Shown here: positions 40,006 through 52,577 of the stretch, one piece after another
How positions within the stretch are numbered: the first letter of the stretch is position 1
How the letters are laid out: each line of letters begins with the position of its first letter
Assembly (NCBI GenBank): GCA_965649765.1
Contig: OZ287755.1
Span: forward strand, 52,390,001 to 52,454,000
Reading direction: 5' to 3'
Source: Bispira polyomma
Lineage: Eukaryota
DNA length: 64,000 nt
Notes under the pieces: model-generated
The model's input: only the letters and a program-made list of their open reading frames with translations
What the model was told of the DNA's origin: nothing
Database searches by the model: none
Translations under genes and position numbers: made by a program

Positions 40006-43000
40006 CATTTATACATTAATAGTATATATATTCCCTAAATCAACTAAAGCTTACACTTACTCATAACTGTGATAAAAGCTACAAAGAGTCATTTTATCAG
40101 ATTAAAGTGTGTCGGCATCCTACAGTGGGTTAATTTTTAGAAACATAATAAAAAGTTATGTAGAGCATTTGATCTTTAAAATTGACATAATTATTAAAGA
40201 ATATCGAAAGTCATGTGTTAAATCAAATAAAATTGAGTGTATTTCGTTGGTAGAACAATTTAGTGGGACTTAAATCGATCCACTTTACGATTCACGACCC
40301 ACTTCACGCTGCTCCTTGTATTGATTCAAACCTTAAGGCAGATTGGTCTGTTTACTGTGAACAGATAAAATTGAGATAACAGATTTTTGAGACTGGTTTT
40401 ACCTATTAGCTAGTTTTTTGGGTTTTTTTTCTTAAGGTGATTTGAATGCATGGTGTCATAGGGTAGGGTAATGCCGGTGACTGGTGTTGGGTGGCTGTCA
40501 CTTGTGCTGTCCTAAAACACGTATAATGAGTGCTTTGAACACAACAAATGAAGGAGTATTAAACTGTATTACACTGTTAGTATGCCAGTAGTATGTCTTT
40601 GATTATTACCATTGGTTTGTTTGTTTGTCACTATGATTACACACAAATTTGACATGCCACTTAATTGGTGGTGTGATTTGGGCATGTTGAGATGGGTGTG
40701 GGTAAAATAGCAGATGCAGGACATTCTTTTTTACTTATACCACACTTAGTCTAAAAGTAAAAAAAAAAAGTTTAAGGTCACAAGCCTTTGTCTGAGCTCA
40801 AACAATTTGACCTCCAAAGAAATTTGACTATTTCAGCAAGGTGACATTTTGACTTTGATATTTGGTGATGAATTAAGACAACAATGACTTAACACATTGT
40901 GGCATTTTATTAATTCTACACAAATAGGTTTAAAAGTCCAGCTTGTTACACTATAAGATTTGTCTTGTTAGTTATTTACAAAAGTTCACATTGTTATTTG
41001 GGTAGCTGTGCCATACGTAATTTATTAAAATTGATCAAATGTCTCCTGAAGAGTTCCATATTATAGTTGAATCTCCATTGTAAGTCCCACATAGACACAG
41101 ACAATGTTTTCAAGTTACCAGCACTTATTTTTACCCAATCCTTTAACTTCTCCATGACACAGTTCAGCGCTACACAAAGTTATGACAATCGTTGCAAACT
41201 ACACATATACCTTTGACTTTGGGTGTAATTCATAGAGCTGGTCAAGGCCAGGTGTAGCAGCAACTAGGTACTTCTAATAATGGATGAGATGAGCAGATCC
41301 AGGACTTTCTATTTGAACCTTATGGCACTATTGGAATACACATCGAGCACATATTCTGTAACGAACAATACATGGATCAAATTTATCTTTTTTGTAGTTG
41401 CGTAATAGTCAGAAGCGCCTGCTTCACAATCACTGGCCTCTCACCAATGTGGGTTCAAATCCTGTTGTTCGTTCTTTCAAGTAGAAAAGTTTATCAGGTA
41501 CTTGCCCTTAGGTTGGTAGAATTTCTTTTTTTCAACATTAAATCTGGCTGTTGCTGTTCAAAGCGATGTAAAGCCCAATTATAAAGACCAGAAGTGCGCA
41601 TAGAACACAAAAGCAGTCCATGCGCAATTCGTAATTTTTCTGCCCGTAAAGCCGTCCTAGGGTCTAATTGTCAGTAAAGGACGTGCTCACAAACTTTATT
41701 TGTACACTAAAAAATCCCAAGACTGGAGTCTTGGTACAAGGCTAGTTAATGGAGGGAGGTTTTAACTGGTGTGACAAGTTTTACCTGAGAACAACTAAAT
41801 AATTGTCAAGCTTTATATTATTACCAGTGCATGTTTTTAGAAGCTATTGCAAACCAGGATATTGGATTCCCTAATGACAGGATATTAAATCCAATTAATG
41901 GGTCACTTGGAATTGGATGATGATGTGCTGACGTCCAAACACACAATCTTTATTTCAGTTATAACATATTATAATGATACATACATGTAGTAAGATTATA
42001 AAGTAGTCCATAATAACTACTACTGAACCAAGACAAACAGAAAAAAGAACATTTAAATTACATATATTTATAAATTTTTGCATAAGACAATTTCAACAAA
42101 TTAACCCATCTCATCATTTACTGCCGTGTATAGTTTTTCATCTATAGGTTAAGTTGGACTTTTTAATAGCATGACTCGATACGTATGCGGAGATCAATTC
42201 ACTATGTTTCATTTTTCTATAAATTGAATTTGATGTAACGCTTCCTTTAATCCGATATGTACTATGTAAAATGGTGTGTTGAAATTGGGTTTTTTCCTTC
42301 ATTTTTGTTTAAAAATCGGGCCGACCTGATCAATTACATCCGATGATGTAACAGACTTCTGCCAGCATCTGATCGGATCTGATGCAATTTGCTGAAAGAA
42401 AGCCGTTCCTAACGTTTACAGTTACCGAAATATTCAGGCAATGTCGGTCGACTTCGGCCGAGAAATATCTTGCAACCACTAGGCCACCACAGCCCTTATT
42501 TCTTTTTATTAGACTGAAACCTGTTGAAACGATTACAACAAAAATAGTTCTACTCTTCTGGTGACAATGTAGCAAAAAAAATTATTGCCCCAGTTAAAAT
42601 TTCAAGAGAACTCATTTTGAACGAAATTGTTTGGTTTTTTTTTTCTACGTACTACCCTTTAAGAACAGTAGTATAAATGATATGACTGTTAAAAGGGTTT
42701 TTAAAGAGGGATTCATATATAATAAGCACGTTACATAAAATATCTTGAACAGTAGGATCAGTTTAAATCATACCAATAGATAGAACTAACGTCCACGTAA
42801 ATAAACCTTATACTGTGGTTTATTACATGATGGTGTTTTCCATAGTTTGGTGGTTTTATACATCAATAACGTACTCCTACAGACCATCTTATACTGAACT
42901 GTTTTCACAGAGAAGAGGATTATATTTCCTCCCAATTCTTTTAACCTACTAATTTCAGTTTAATGGCCAGTTGCATAAACTAGCATGTTTGATCAACGAT

Positions 43001-43656
43001 TAAGTGCCAATTCACCATTTTTTTTTATTTTTTTTTTAAATTTTGTAGATATACTTTTAGTTTAACAATAAAATATACTTCGACAATGTGATACCACGTA
43101 TGGTGAATCGTATTACCAAAATTTGATCATAAACCAAGAAACTTACTGTAGTTATTAAATAGCTTTTACTATCAAATTTAAACAGCATTAATGCAATGAG
43201 ATACATGATGTGTTATTACATCATATTACTTAATTGTAATATTATGGCAGTAGCATTTGTTTTGCCACAGACTACGATGATGGTTTAGTTTCTCTTTGGT
43301 TTAGACGTGATTCACACGATGTAACGACAAAGCAAATATTATAAAGAAGACTTTTTCTCTAAAGATGTAGTTAACCCAATGTTAGCAGTGAGCAGTCAAC
43401 AGCAGTGGCTACCAGCTCCTTCACCAGAAGTGTGTACTTGATTTACACTCCAACTTTACAGCTCCACTAGAACCTCTGTATCCTGGACTCATGGGAAGCG
43501 GGGTGGGGGAGTGGTGAAATGTTGTTTTGTTCCAAACTTTGAAACAAGAGTTGTCTTTTTTAAAAGCACTCATACACTAGCATTGATATGGCAATTTTTA
43601 TACTCAGGCCCGAGACTGCGCAAGACAACAATAAATCTGACACCCTTTAGTTTGAT

Positions 43657-43914
43657 GGGGGGCCGCGGTGGCCAAGTGGTTAGCAAGCATTGCGCTTCAC
43701 AATCACTGGTCTCTTACATCTGGGCGGCGTGAGTTCAAATCCCGTCGATGCCTATGTGGGAAAGGTGGTAGTTCCTTACTGTGGGCTGCTGGTTTCAGTG
43801 CAGAACCTTGATCAACTGTATGCAGTGTTTCCTCCAGCGTTTCCAACTACCCGTCCCAATATAACCTAAACAGGTACTAGAGTGGACGTTAAATATCCAA
43901 ATTCAATTCAAAAT
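43657..43914 (+). mobile_element. SINE family A, full length
   Basis: Same sequence; TSD cctttagtttgat (43644-43656 / 43915-43927). Confidence 0.9.
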
Positions 43915-44229
43915 CCTTTAGTTTGATTTCTTCCAATCAATCCATTAAGGTCTTATATATTGTGTAAGATTATTTGTGTTTTTAAAAAAAATGGATGAAT
44001 AAAACACCTTGGCAATGGTTAAAGATAGGTTAATAAAGGTAATGTTTTCTTCAACCAATCCACAAAGGACGTTTTAGTTTAAACAAAAATATCAGACCAC
44101 ATCTGATAAAAAGTGAAAGAGCCATTTGTCTTTATAAGACAGTGGGTGACTAAAACTCCATAGCAATGGGAAAAGTGGAGTTAATGAAAATTTAATACAC
44201 CGATAATGCTTTACTGCATTATATTAATG

Positions 44230-44810
44230 CTAGCCATATAGGAAAAGTGTAGAGAACTTATCTGTAGCATCTCAATTTAGAAGTGGAGTTCTACTTCTAC
44301 ACATTGAAATTGACCGTTGGAATCAAGTTCAAATTGAATAAAGAATATGCAAACTCTGCAATGAACATATTAGAGGACGAAATTCATTTCTCTTTCAACT
44401 GTGTAGCTTTTTATGATGAGCGGATTAAATTCATAAACTTTGTCGAAAGTAAATACCCTGATTTTGATGTTTTGAGTTAACCAGAAAAGTTAAAATTGCT
44501 GCTGCAAAAAGAAAATACAACCCATTTTTGTAATTATTTGGTAACTATATGTGATAACCGTAAATCTCTAATATTTAAAAAGCCTTGGACTACTGTTTAT
44601 ATGATACACTTATGTATCACATGTTTGATACTTTATGTAATATTTGTATATATTGATATGTATAACTACTGTATATAGTATATACATTATTTATATCTCA
44701 CCTAAAAAAGTGCCTCATAAGCCCATGTATGCTGGTTTGGCTACCATAGTTATGACTTGTTAAAAATGTATGTATATATTGGAGTGCAGGTGGCACTAAA
44801 ATAAAAAAAA
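44230..44810 (+). mobile_element. LINE 3' end fragment
   Basis: CKLC...LEDEIHF.FNC..Y..R zinc-knuckle-like C-terminus followed by a 3'UTR-like segment (similar tail at ~47190-47310). Confidence 0.6.
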
Positions 44811-45710
44811 TTCTCTCCCTCTCTCTCAGTAGCCATCCCTTTGATTTCACAGATTCCGGTCAGGGTTGTATAGGAATGACAGGTCCATTGTCTACAAGTT
44901 ATTCCCGCGGAAATACACTAATGATCAAAACAGATTGTAGGTGTCTGCTTCCAAGACCAAAACCATTGTTGCAATCCATATATGGGCGTTTACCCCAACT
45001 CATTAATGAAGAGTCTTTTTAATCTACTCAAGCTCAGCTTGACTTGGGAATTGTTAAGATGCCTGAAATAGTATCTCATTAGATTCCTTCATTCAGACAT
45101 CTTAAACCAAGAAAGTGTGTGCAGTATGGCAGCCACCACTTGTTCCTCAAACTCAGAAAAATACTTTGCAAGATTTGATGACTGGTAATGAAGTATACAT
45201 GTAAATGTCAATATATAGGTGTAAATGTCCATTTGAATAGATCTTATTGCAATGATTTAGATTTTAACTATTTTAGAACTATATATATATACCATGACAG
45301 GATATACCAGATCCCATGTGAGAGTCTGAGATGGAACTTTTTCTTTCAAAATCCTGAATGGAACATTTGGACGTTCTAGGCTTTCTTCTTAATCCTTCTG
45401 TTGTACAACTCATTACAGTTCAATGAGCACATATACCTGCTATAAAATCTACGGTTAATGGTGAAAAGGGTCACCTTGTTATAGCTGTAGTTTGGTGGTG
45501 GACACCATACATAAATGCTTGAAGTAGGAAAAATGTATTGGAGCTTATATACACATATACATATATAAATCTTCTCTTTGTGCTGATGCATCATTAAAAC
45601 ATAAAACACTACGATTATACAGGATATATTCAGCACACTATATTGCCAAAAATACATTTCTTCTACGGTGGTTATTTACAATAAATACAAATATAAAGAA
45701 ACAAAATAGC

Positions 45711-46066
45711 ATGACGATAAAATTCAAGCCTCACTGGGCAAGAAGGCTGGTATTGCAGTGCTTTGTAGAAATGTTGGTTCTACAAGTACAGTACACTTGC
45801 TGCTTTCAAGCAATGGAGGGATGTACTACCAAGCTCACTCTGTGGGATCTTGACAAATATCCAAAGGAATTGGGATTTATTCCACATCTGGATCACCCTA
45901 GATCACTACGGATTTTCTACTCATCCAACAACTTTCCGGATGACTTTGTATTGGAGCCAATCCTGCTCAGGAGAAACAAAAGATCGTACGAGTTCCAGGC
46001 TGCAGCTCTCACCATGGCCTTCAATGACCTCTGTAGGTCACAGAGACTTGATGTAGTAGAAATACA
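45711..46066 (+). CDS. Divergent variable first coding exon V5
   Basis: CTTKLTLWDLDKYP, SLRIFYS, YEFQAAALTMAF align with the V1-V4/V6 motifs; ends ATA CA|gtaagt (356 nt, phase 2); signal peptide less typical. Confidence 0.8.
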
Positions 46067-46725
46067 GTAAGTAGCTACTCCAGTGTAGGAATGTAAATAA
46101 TTAACACATGTCGTGTATTGTCACAAATATATAGTACCTATCTACTCCAGTATAATATAGGAATCTAAATAAAAAAGATGTGGTTTGCAGTGTCACAAAC
46201 AGATAGTACATAGCTACTCCTGTGTAATATAGGGATATAAATAGTAAAGATGGGACTTGTATTGTTACAAATAGATAGTAGTTAGGTACTTTAGTATAAT
46301 ATAGGAATATGAATAGTAAAGATGGGGCTTGTATTGTCACAAATAGATAGTACATAGCTACTCCAGCATAATATAGGAATATAAATAAGAAAGATATAGT
46401 CAGCAGTGTCACAAATAGATAGTACATAGCTACTCTAGTATAATATAGGAATATGAATAGTAAAGATGGGGCTTGTATTGTTACAAAAAGATAGTACTTA
46501 GCTACTCCAGTATAATATAGAAATATAAATAGTAAAGTGTGGCTTGTATTGTCACAAATAGAAAGTACGTAGCTACTAATGTATAATATAGGAATACAAA
46601 TAGTAAAGATGTGGCTCGTATTGTCACAAATAGAAAGTATACCGGTACTCAAGTATAATACAGGACTATAAATAGTAAATAAGTGGATCATATTCTCACA
46701 AATACAGTTGTACCTATCATCTAAG
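46060..46725 (+). repeat. 72-bp minisatellite (~9 copies) starting at the V5 donor
   Basis: gctactcc-like motif recurs at 46141, 46213, 46285, 46357, 46429, 46501... Confidence 0.92.
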
Positions 46726-48199
46726 CTTTGTAGAGGCAATATCTTTCGTAAAAAGAAGAACCAACAATCATTACAGGTCTTGTACCTAATACAGTGAAAT
46801 AAGTGAAAATATTCTAGATTATTGTATTTCATTTTATTCACTTAAACATGACACCATATTGCATTGCCTTCATTAAGCTCGAAACTCAACCGAGGAGTAT
46901 GAGGGCAGGGGTTTAAGTAAACACTTGTTAGTAGAGTTGTTGGTGTTCAAAGATTTACAGGTGCTCTTCTTCCGAGGTAAAGAGGCGTACTAAGTACACA
47001 ACTACACAACAAAACTGTACAGGAACTTGTAACCCTGTCCTGGCCTGAACAAAATGGTCACTTATGGTTTGGCTACACTTGGCAGCATCAGAATAAAATA
47101 TTTTAATTTTGGTGACATATGCACACAGGTATAATTTGTGTAAAGTGTAAATAGCATGTATTAAATATACATTTTTTTTATCAAATATATAAAGTGCCTC
47201 ATAAGCCTCAAGTTGTGTGGGGCTGGCTGTACAGTATTTTTGTTATTCTATATATACATATAAAAAATCTGTGTGAAGTAGGTAGCACTATAATAAACAA
47301 ATTATCTCTCCCTATATATATAGTTATGTTTAAGACCTGGTTATTAGGCTTATCTGAGCATTGTAGCTACAATAATGGTTAATATGAGGTTGTAAAATAC
47401 TTGCTTAATATGTAAATATAAATTAATATTGTATGTAAATGGGGTTGGTAGAATTTATATTGTTCGTGCTAAATGGTTGACATATACTTATTGTGGTGCT
47501 ACTTTTAACCTGATTTCTCCTTTTACCGACTTATTATTTATTACTTTATTTCAGCCTTTCCTGGCCCTGTACCTTAAACAAACATTAATTAACAGGTATA
47601 CAATCCATGATAGTAGTCTTACTGAACGCTGGTATTTTAAAGAGCAGAACATTTACCCTGCTCTGATTTATTCCACCAGTTGCCTGCCTGTCATGATATT
47701 ATACAGAAAGTGTTGAACAGGATATGAAGCCCAAAAGTAAAGTGAACAAACCCTTCATGCATTACATAATACCCCTTGTATCCCTTTATTGTTAACACTT
47801 TTGTTCCACTATGCCGATCATCCCCCCCCCCCTCCCCGATCTTAACGATTATAAGTTCAGGGGCCATAATCATGGACGATTCACCCCACTAACGACTGAT
47901 CTTTGGAATTCAGGACGATCGCAGAGGTTTTCAAACATGTTAGATAACCTCTGCGAGTAAGTGTGTATTGGCCGATCAGTCAGGCTCCCTATAGAGTTGT
48001 ATTTTCCTTGGAAAGACCTATCTCTTTCAGTTAAGACTTATCTTTTCCTTCCTACAACTTAACTTTTTCTTCCAAAGACTTATTTTTTGGGCCCTCCAGA
48101 CTTATTTTTTCCATCTTTACATGCAAATTTTCCTGTCTTTTTTTACCAGGATCATATAATCGGGGCCACTCTCGAGTATAGTCTTGATAGTAGAACAGA

Positions 48200-48470
48200 G
48201 TAATAATAAAATTACATCTATAAAGTCAGTTAAGTATCACTATAGTGATAATAGAATTATATCTATATAGTCAGTTAAGTATCAACATTATGATAGTGAT
48301 AATAGAATTACATCTATAAAGTCAGTTAAGTATCATCATAGTGATAATAGAATTACATCTATAAAGTCAGTTAAGTATCACCATAGTGATAATAGAAATA
48401 CATCTATAAAGTCAGTTACGTATCACTATAGTGATAAAAGAATTGCATCTATAGAGTTAGTAAAGTATGT
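48200..48470 (+). repeat. 45-bp minisatellite (~6 copies)
   Basis: tagtgataatagaattacatctataaagtcagttaagtatcacca unit. Confidence 0.92.
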
Positions 48471-50056
48471 TCTGGATATAGGTAACAACTGTGGATTACC
48501 AAAAAAGGATTTCCTATTTATTTCACTGATGCCTGGATAACAGTGTACACACAGCCTGTCACTGCCCACAATATGGTCTAGTGGAACCATAGCCTTAAGT
48601 AACTGTCAATTTCCTGGCAACGTCTGATGTAATCACTGCCAGATGAGAAAAAAAGGACACATTTGAGAATTCTTACAATCTTTTCAGAGGATTCTGAATC
48701 TTAGGTCAAACTTAAGTATAACCATGTTTTCATCACGTTTAAACCATTATTAATTAACACTTACTGTACAGAAATAAATAAATGACCTCTATAGTTGCAA
48801 TTTAACACTAAATATGATGTATAAATACATCTGTGTCACATTTTGACCAGGATGATACTATTTTTAACTAAAAAAAATTTATAACTGAATCAGAAGAGTT
48901 TAGTTTATGGGTGAAATCTGCTGAATTTGCTCCAACCACCAAAATCCATTCTAGCTTAGCCTATGTGTCCTAGGAACGAGATCATAAGATGACACTTGTC
49001 CACAACTGTGTAAATATAGCATTTCTCTTCTTACAAGGTCAATTGGGTGCTAAGGTACATTTAAAAAAAAACACCTTTTAATTCTAATCCGGGAATTAAT
49101 GTGTAACATTGTTTTTGTAGTACTGCAAAGGGAATCCATCAGAAAGGGTTTGTGGAGTTTAAACTAGAAGATATGATTTGTTTAATGTAATAGTTAAATC
49201 TTAAGAGTGATTTTAACTGTATTTGATTAAAGAAGGATTTTGAGTAGTTAGAGGTTTTTGGTATGTTTCTGAAAGAAATATTTAAAAAATAGTATATGGA
49301 ATAAATCATTAATTCTAACCAAAGTAACATATTATCTATGGATGTTTAAGTATTGGGGAAAAACATCAAACAAATATTTAATTGCAATAGAAGGTTTTGT
49401 TGACATAGTTTGGAGACACAAAATGCATTATTGTGGTAACAATATTTGACAAGAAGTAACACATAATGGAATGAATTCTGACATCATACGTCTGTGTCAG
49501 CCATTTTGATTAGCCGAAACCTTTGGTAAAATTCACCATATACACATGGGCCATTTTGGTCCACAGGATTGATGCCCAGAGGAAAATGTTCCTCCAGTAG
49601 CATATAGTCAGTGAATAAGTTTTGAATTAATCAAGTACTTTAATAAACAAAGACGTAAAGCTTTAGGTGAAGTATATATATGATAACACAGAAAATACTG
49701 GGAAAAAAAACCAATGTATACATGAATATAGAGTTTTAGGAAGAATTGAATTATATATTTCTTGCAGATTTTTAGAAAAAAACCCTGTATGGTTCATTTT
49801 ATGAAACAACGAAGAACTCCAAATGTAGTCATTGGATGGGAGACGTATATAGTTATAAGAAGGATGCTTGGATTATAGATCTAAGAGTGGGGATGTACTA
49901 CTTTAAGATTCAATAACTTATAGTTGTTTTAACAACTTAAACATAGCCTAACCTACCAGCTGACGAATTAGAGATGAACTATAGAAATGCAGTTTGGCAG
50001 CAGGAAGACATGAACAGGAGTGCTCTGAATGTTTTTTGTTCTAATAACCCTACACC

Positions 50057-50385
50057 ATGCTCAGAAATCCAGTTCCTTCCTGCACCATGTGGTGTATGTT
50101 TACAACTATGCTGTATTTCCTAACCATGCCCTCGTGTTATTATTGCAAAGAGATGTGTTTTGATAATTTCTGTGTTTGGGATCTCTTCAAACACCCGGAA
50201 ATGTACGAGGAACTACTTACACGAGGAAGGAACCACACCACTCTCCGGATACACTACTCAGTGTCTAGTAATACACAGCAAGTCACCCTCACGGCGTATG
50301 AATACCAGGCTGCAGCACTCACCATGGCACTACATGACTTTGACTTGTCACAGAATGCGACAACAGGAAGTGACGTAAAGATAGA
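50057..50385 (+). CDS. Proximal variable first coding exon V6
   Basis: accATG; hydrophobic MWCMFTTMLYFLTM; CFDNFCVWDLFKHP, TLRIHYS, YEYQAAALTMAL; ends ATA GA|gttagt (329 nt, phase 2), 252 nt before exon C1. Confidence 0.85.
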
Positions 50386-50637
50386 GTTAGTATAAAGTAA
50401 TAATACTGAGTCATGTAATTGTCAACTATAGAGGTTTCTTTAAAGTTCTACCAAAATAAGCTCATTCTCATTCTGCCACCTCTGTTTAAGAACACAGGGG
50501 ATCTGGGTTTGATCCCAGCCGGGGGCAATCAGCTTCAGAAAGATATGGAAAAACAAAATATGGAAAACAATGTTGATTACAAAGAGGTGTTCACTGTTGG
50601 ATGTATTATTGTGTACTATGTGTTTCTGTTGTTTCAG

Positions 50638-50744
50638 ACTGATCTACATGAATGATCAGTGCAGACCAACTACTGCCATTTCTAACTTTCTTCAGCTGCA
50701 GAAGTTAGGCTTGGATGCAGTGTTTGGGATTCCTTGCTCACAGG
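50638..50744 (+). CDS. Constant exon C1 (ectodomain: LIYMNDQCRPTTAISNFLQLQKLGLDAVFGIPCSQ)
   Basis: tttctgttgtttcag| acceptor, G|gtaagt donor; D-x-C and AVFGIPCS match the D..C / 'vdaiiGPgCs' motifs of ANF-receptor domains; phase 2 in, phase 1 out. Confidence 0.92.
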
Positions 50745-51109
50745 GTAAGTCTATTAATTTACCTAAATTAGGTGCCACGGTGGCCTAGTGGTTAGAGGTA
50801 ATCATTCCCCTAATCTCTGGTTTCTCACTAATATGGGTTGGATTCTTGTTCTTATGTAAAAAATTTGACAGGTACTTGACATACATCAGTGGTTTAGAGT
50901 GCTTTGGCACTAGTTTCTATAGGGTTAATCTGGTTGTCGTGATATGATTAAAGCTGTTATAAACGACCTAAAACCTAACTACATTCAAATGCCTATCTGA
51001 ATCAATGAGGTAATTGCTTGTATCCAAATTTATTTAGTATTACAACTAATTGGCCTTTTCTTCACTACACAAGCACAGCTAAACAACACCGGTAACTGGT
51101 ATTGTTACC

Positions 51110-52010
51110 AAATCCTGTCACTACCACCTATTAAATATTAGTCGCATTCGTCTTTACTTATGTGATGATGCTTGTAAAACCATTGTTCACTCCTTAGAAA
51201 TATCACGATTAGATTATTGCAATGTGCTGCTGCATGGTCTGCCCAACACCACCATCAAACCCCTACAGCGGGTACAAAACACTGCAGCACGCATAGTATC
51301 AAGAATGAGATTCCATCAAACCTGTGCTACAGGAACTTCATTGGCTTCCAGTTGACATGCGGTTTCAGTACAAGGTGCTTATCTACACCTACAAGGCTCT
51401 TCAAGGCTCAGCACCAGACTACATTGCTAATATGCTTACGGGATACTACCCTAGCAGATCACTAAGATCAGGAAACAAGTCACTTCTTCAAGTGTCAAAA
51501 TACAAAACTGTGACTTATGGAAAAAAGGACATTCACTGTTGCCTCTCCAGTTTTATGGAACAGCCTACCAGAGAGTGTGAAAGAGTGAATCAAGATCAGT
51601 TTTTAAGAAACGACTCAGAACACATCTTTTTAGACTCACCAATTGTTAAAAGATCCTGTAAAAGCAATCATTTTTGCATATGTTTACCATTGCGCCAGGG
51701 GAGTAGCCAGGACTTTTCATCTGGTACTCCCAAATTAAAATCAACATAATAAACATAATATTTTGGTTCACTTGAGGAGTACCAAATTTTTTTTAATTGA
51801 ACAACAGAAATCAATGTTAATACTAAAACAAACAGGATAAAAAAATTTTTTTTTTTTTTTTTTCAATTTTTTTTAACTTTTTTTTTTTTTTCTTGTCATT
51901 AAATTGGTACGCCTAAGCATACTGACGTTAATGGTAGCTACGCCCCTGTACGCTGTAAAGCGCTTTAGAGTAATATATATATAGCACGATATAAATTTTG
52001 TATAATAATA
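51110..52010 (+). mobile_element. L2-type LINE 3' end, with MITE inserted in its 3'UTR
   Basis: SRLDYCN, LQRVQNTAAR, LQELHWLPVDMRFQYKVL..TYKAL..APDYI; (taa)n tail near 52000. Confidence 0.85.
51696..51948. mobile_element. MITE with TIRs caggggagtagc...gctacgcccctg
   Basis: 12-bp imperfect terminal inverted repeats; second copy at 25131. Confidence 0.8.
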
Positions 52011-52094
52011 ATATTCTCCTAGCTGATGACAGAGGCTAGACGGTGACCATTGATCAACATCCCTAGGGGTCTTTTTGGCACCCTAGACTTGGAT

Positions 52095-52577
52095 AGTGTC
52101 CCTTTGATCTTATATATTTATTTATACATCTGGGTTACCTATTACATCACTACAATGTCCCTTTGATCTATTGTATCATACACACCACTGGGTTACCTAT
52201 TACATCACTACAATGTCCCTTTAATCTCTTGTATTTATTTCAAGTCACCATACATACCCCTAGGTTACCTATTACGTCACTACAATGTCCCTTAATCTGT
52301 TGTATGTATTTCCAGTCACCATACATCTGGGTTACCTATTACGTCACTACAATGTCCCTTTGATCTGTTATTTGTATCTATTTCCAGTCACCATACACCT
52401 AGGTTACCTATTACGTCACTACAATGTGCCTTTGATCCATTGTATGTATTTCCAGTCACCATACATCTGGGTTACCTATTACGTCACAACAATTTCCCTT
52501 TGATCTGTTATTTGTATCTATTTCAGTCACCATCCATCTGGGTTACCTATTACGTCACTACAATGTCCCTTTGATCT
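52095..52577 (+). repeat. ~70-bp tandem repeat (~7 copies) made of the C2 acceptor plus first ~50 nt of exon C2
   Basis: Unit tgtatgtatttccag|tcaccatacatctgggttacctattacgtcactacaatgtccctttgatc; last copy is the real exon start. Confidence 0.93.

Noticed and set aside
29700-45600. Additional V exons or a separate gene between V4 and V5
   Set aside because: No YE[YF]...TMA motif, leader-plus-donor combination or coherent exon chain found by eye; short ORFs look random or TE-derived. A decayed copy cannot be excluded without an HMM search
46101-46841. 246-aa hydrophobic minus-strand ORF
   Set aside because: It is the antisense reading of the 72-bp (multiple of 3) minisatellite; repetitive and AT-driven, with no other gene evidence
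48200-48470. CRISPR-like regular repeats (also 46060-46725, 52095-52577)
   Set aside because: Head-to-tail units without unique spacers, eukaryotic context, no cas genes
134-50395. Six V ORFs as independent single-exon secreted-protein genes
   Set aside because: All end at a donor in the same phase and homologous codon, and encode only the first strand/helix of a fold that exon C1 continues
52163-52503. ORFs 52163-52363 and 52285-52503
   Set aside because: Translations of the tandemly repeated C2 acceptor region, ending in stops
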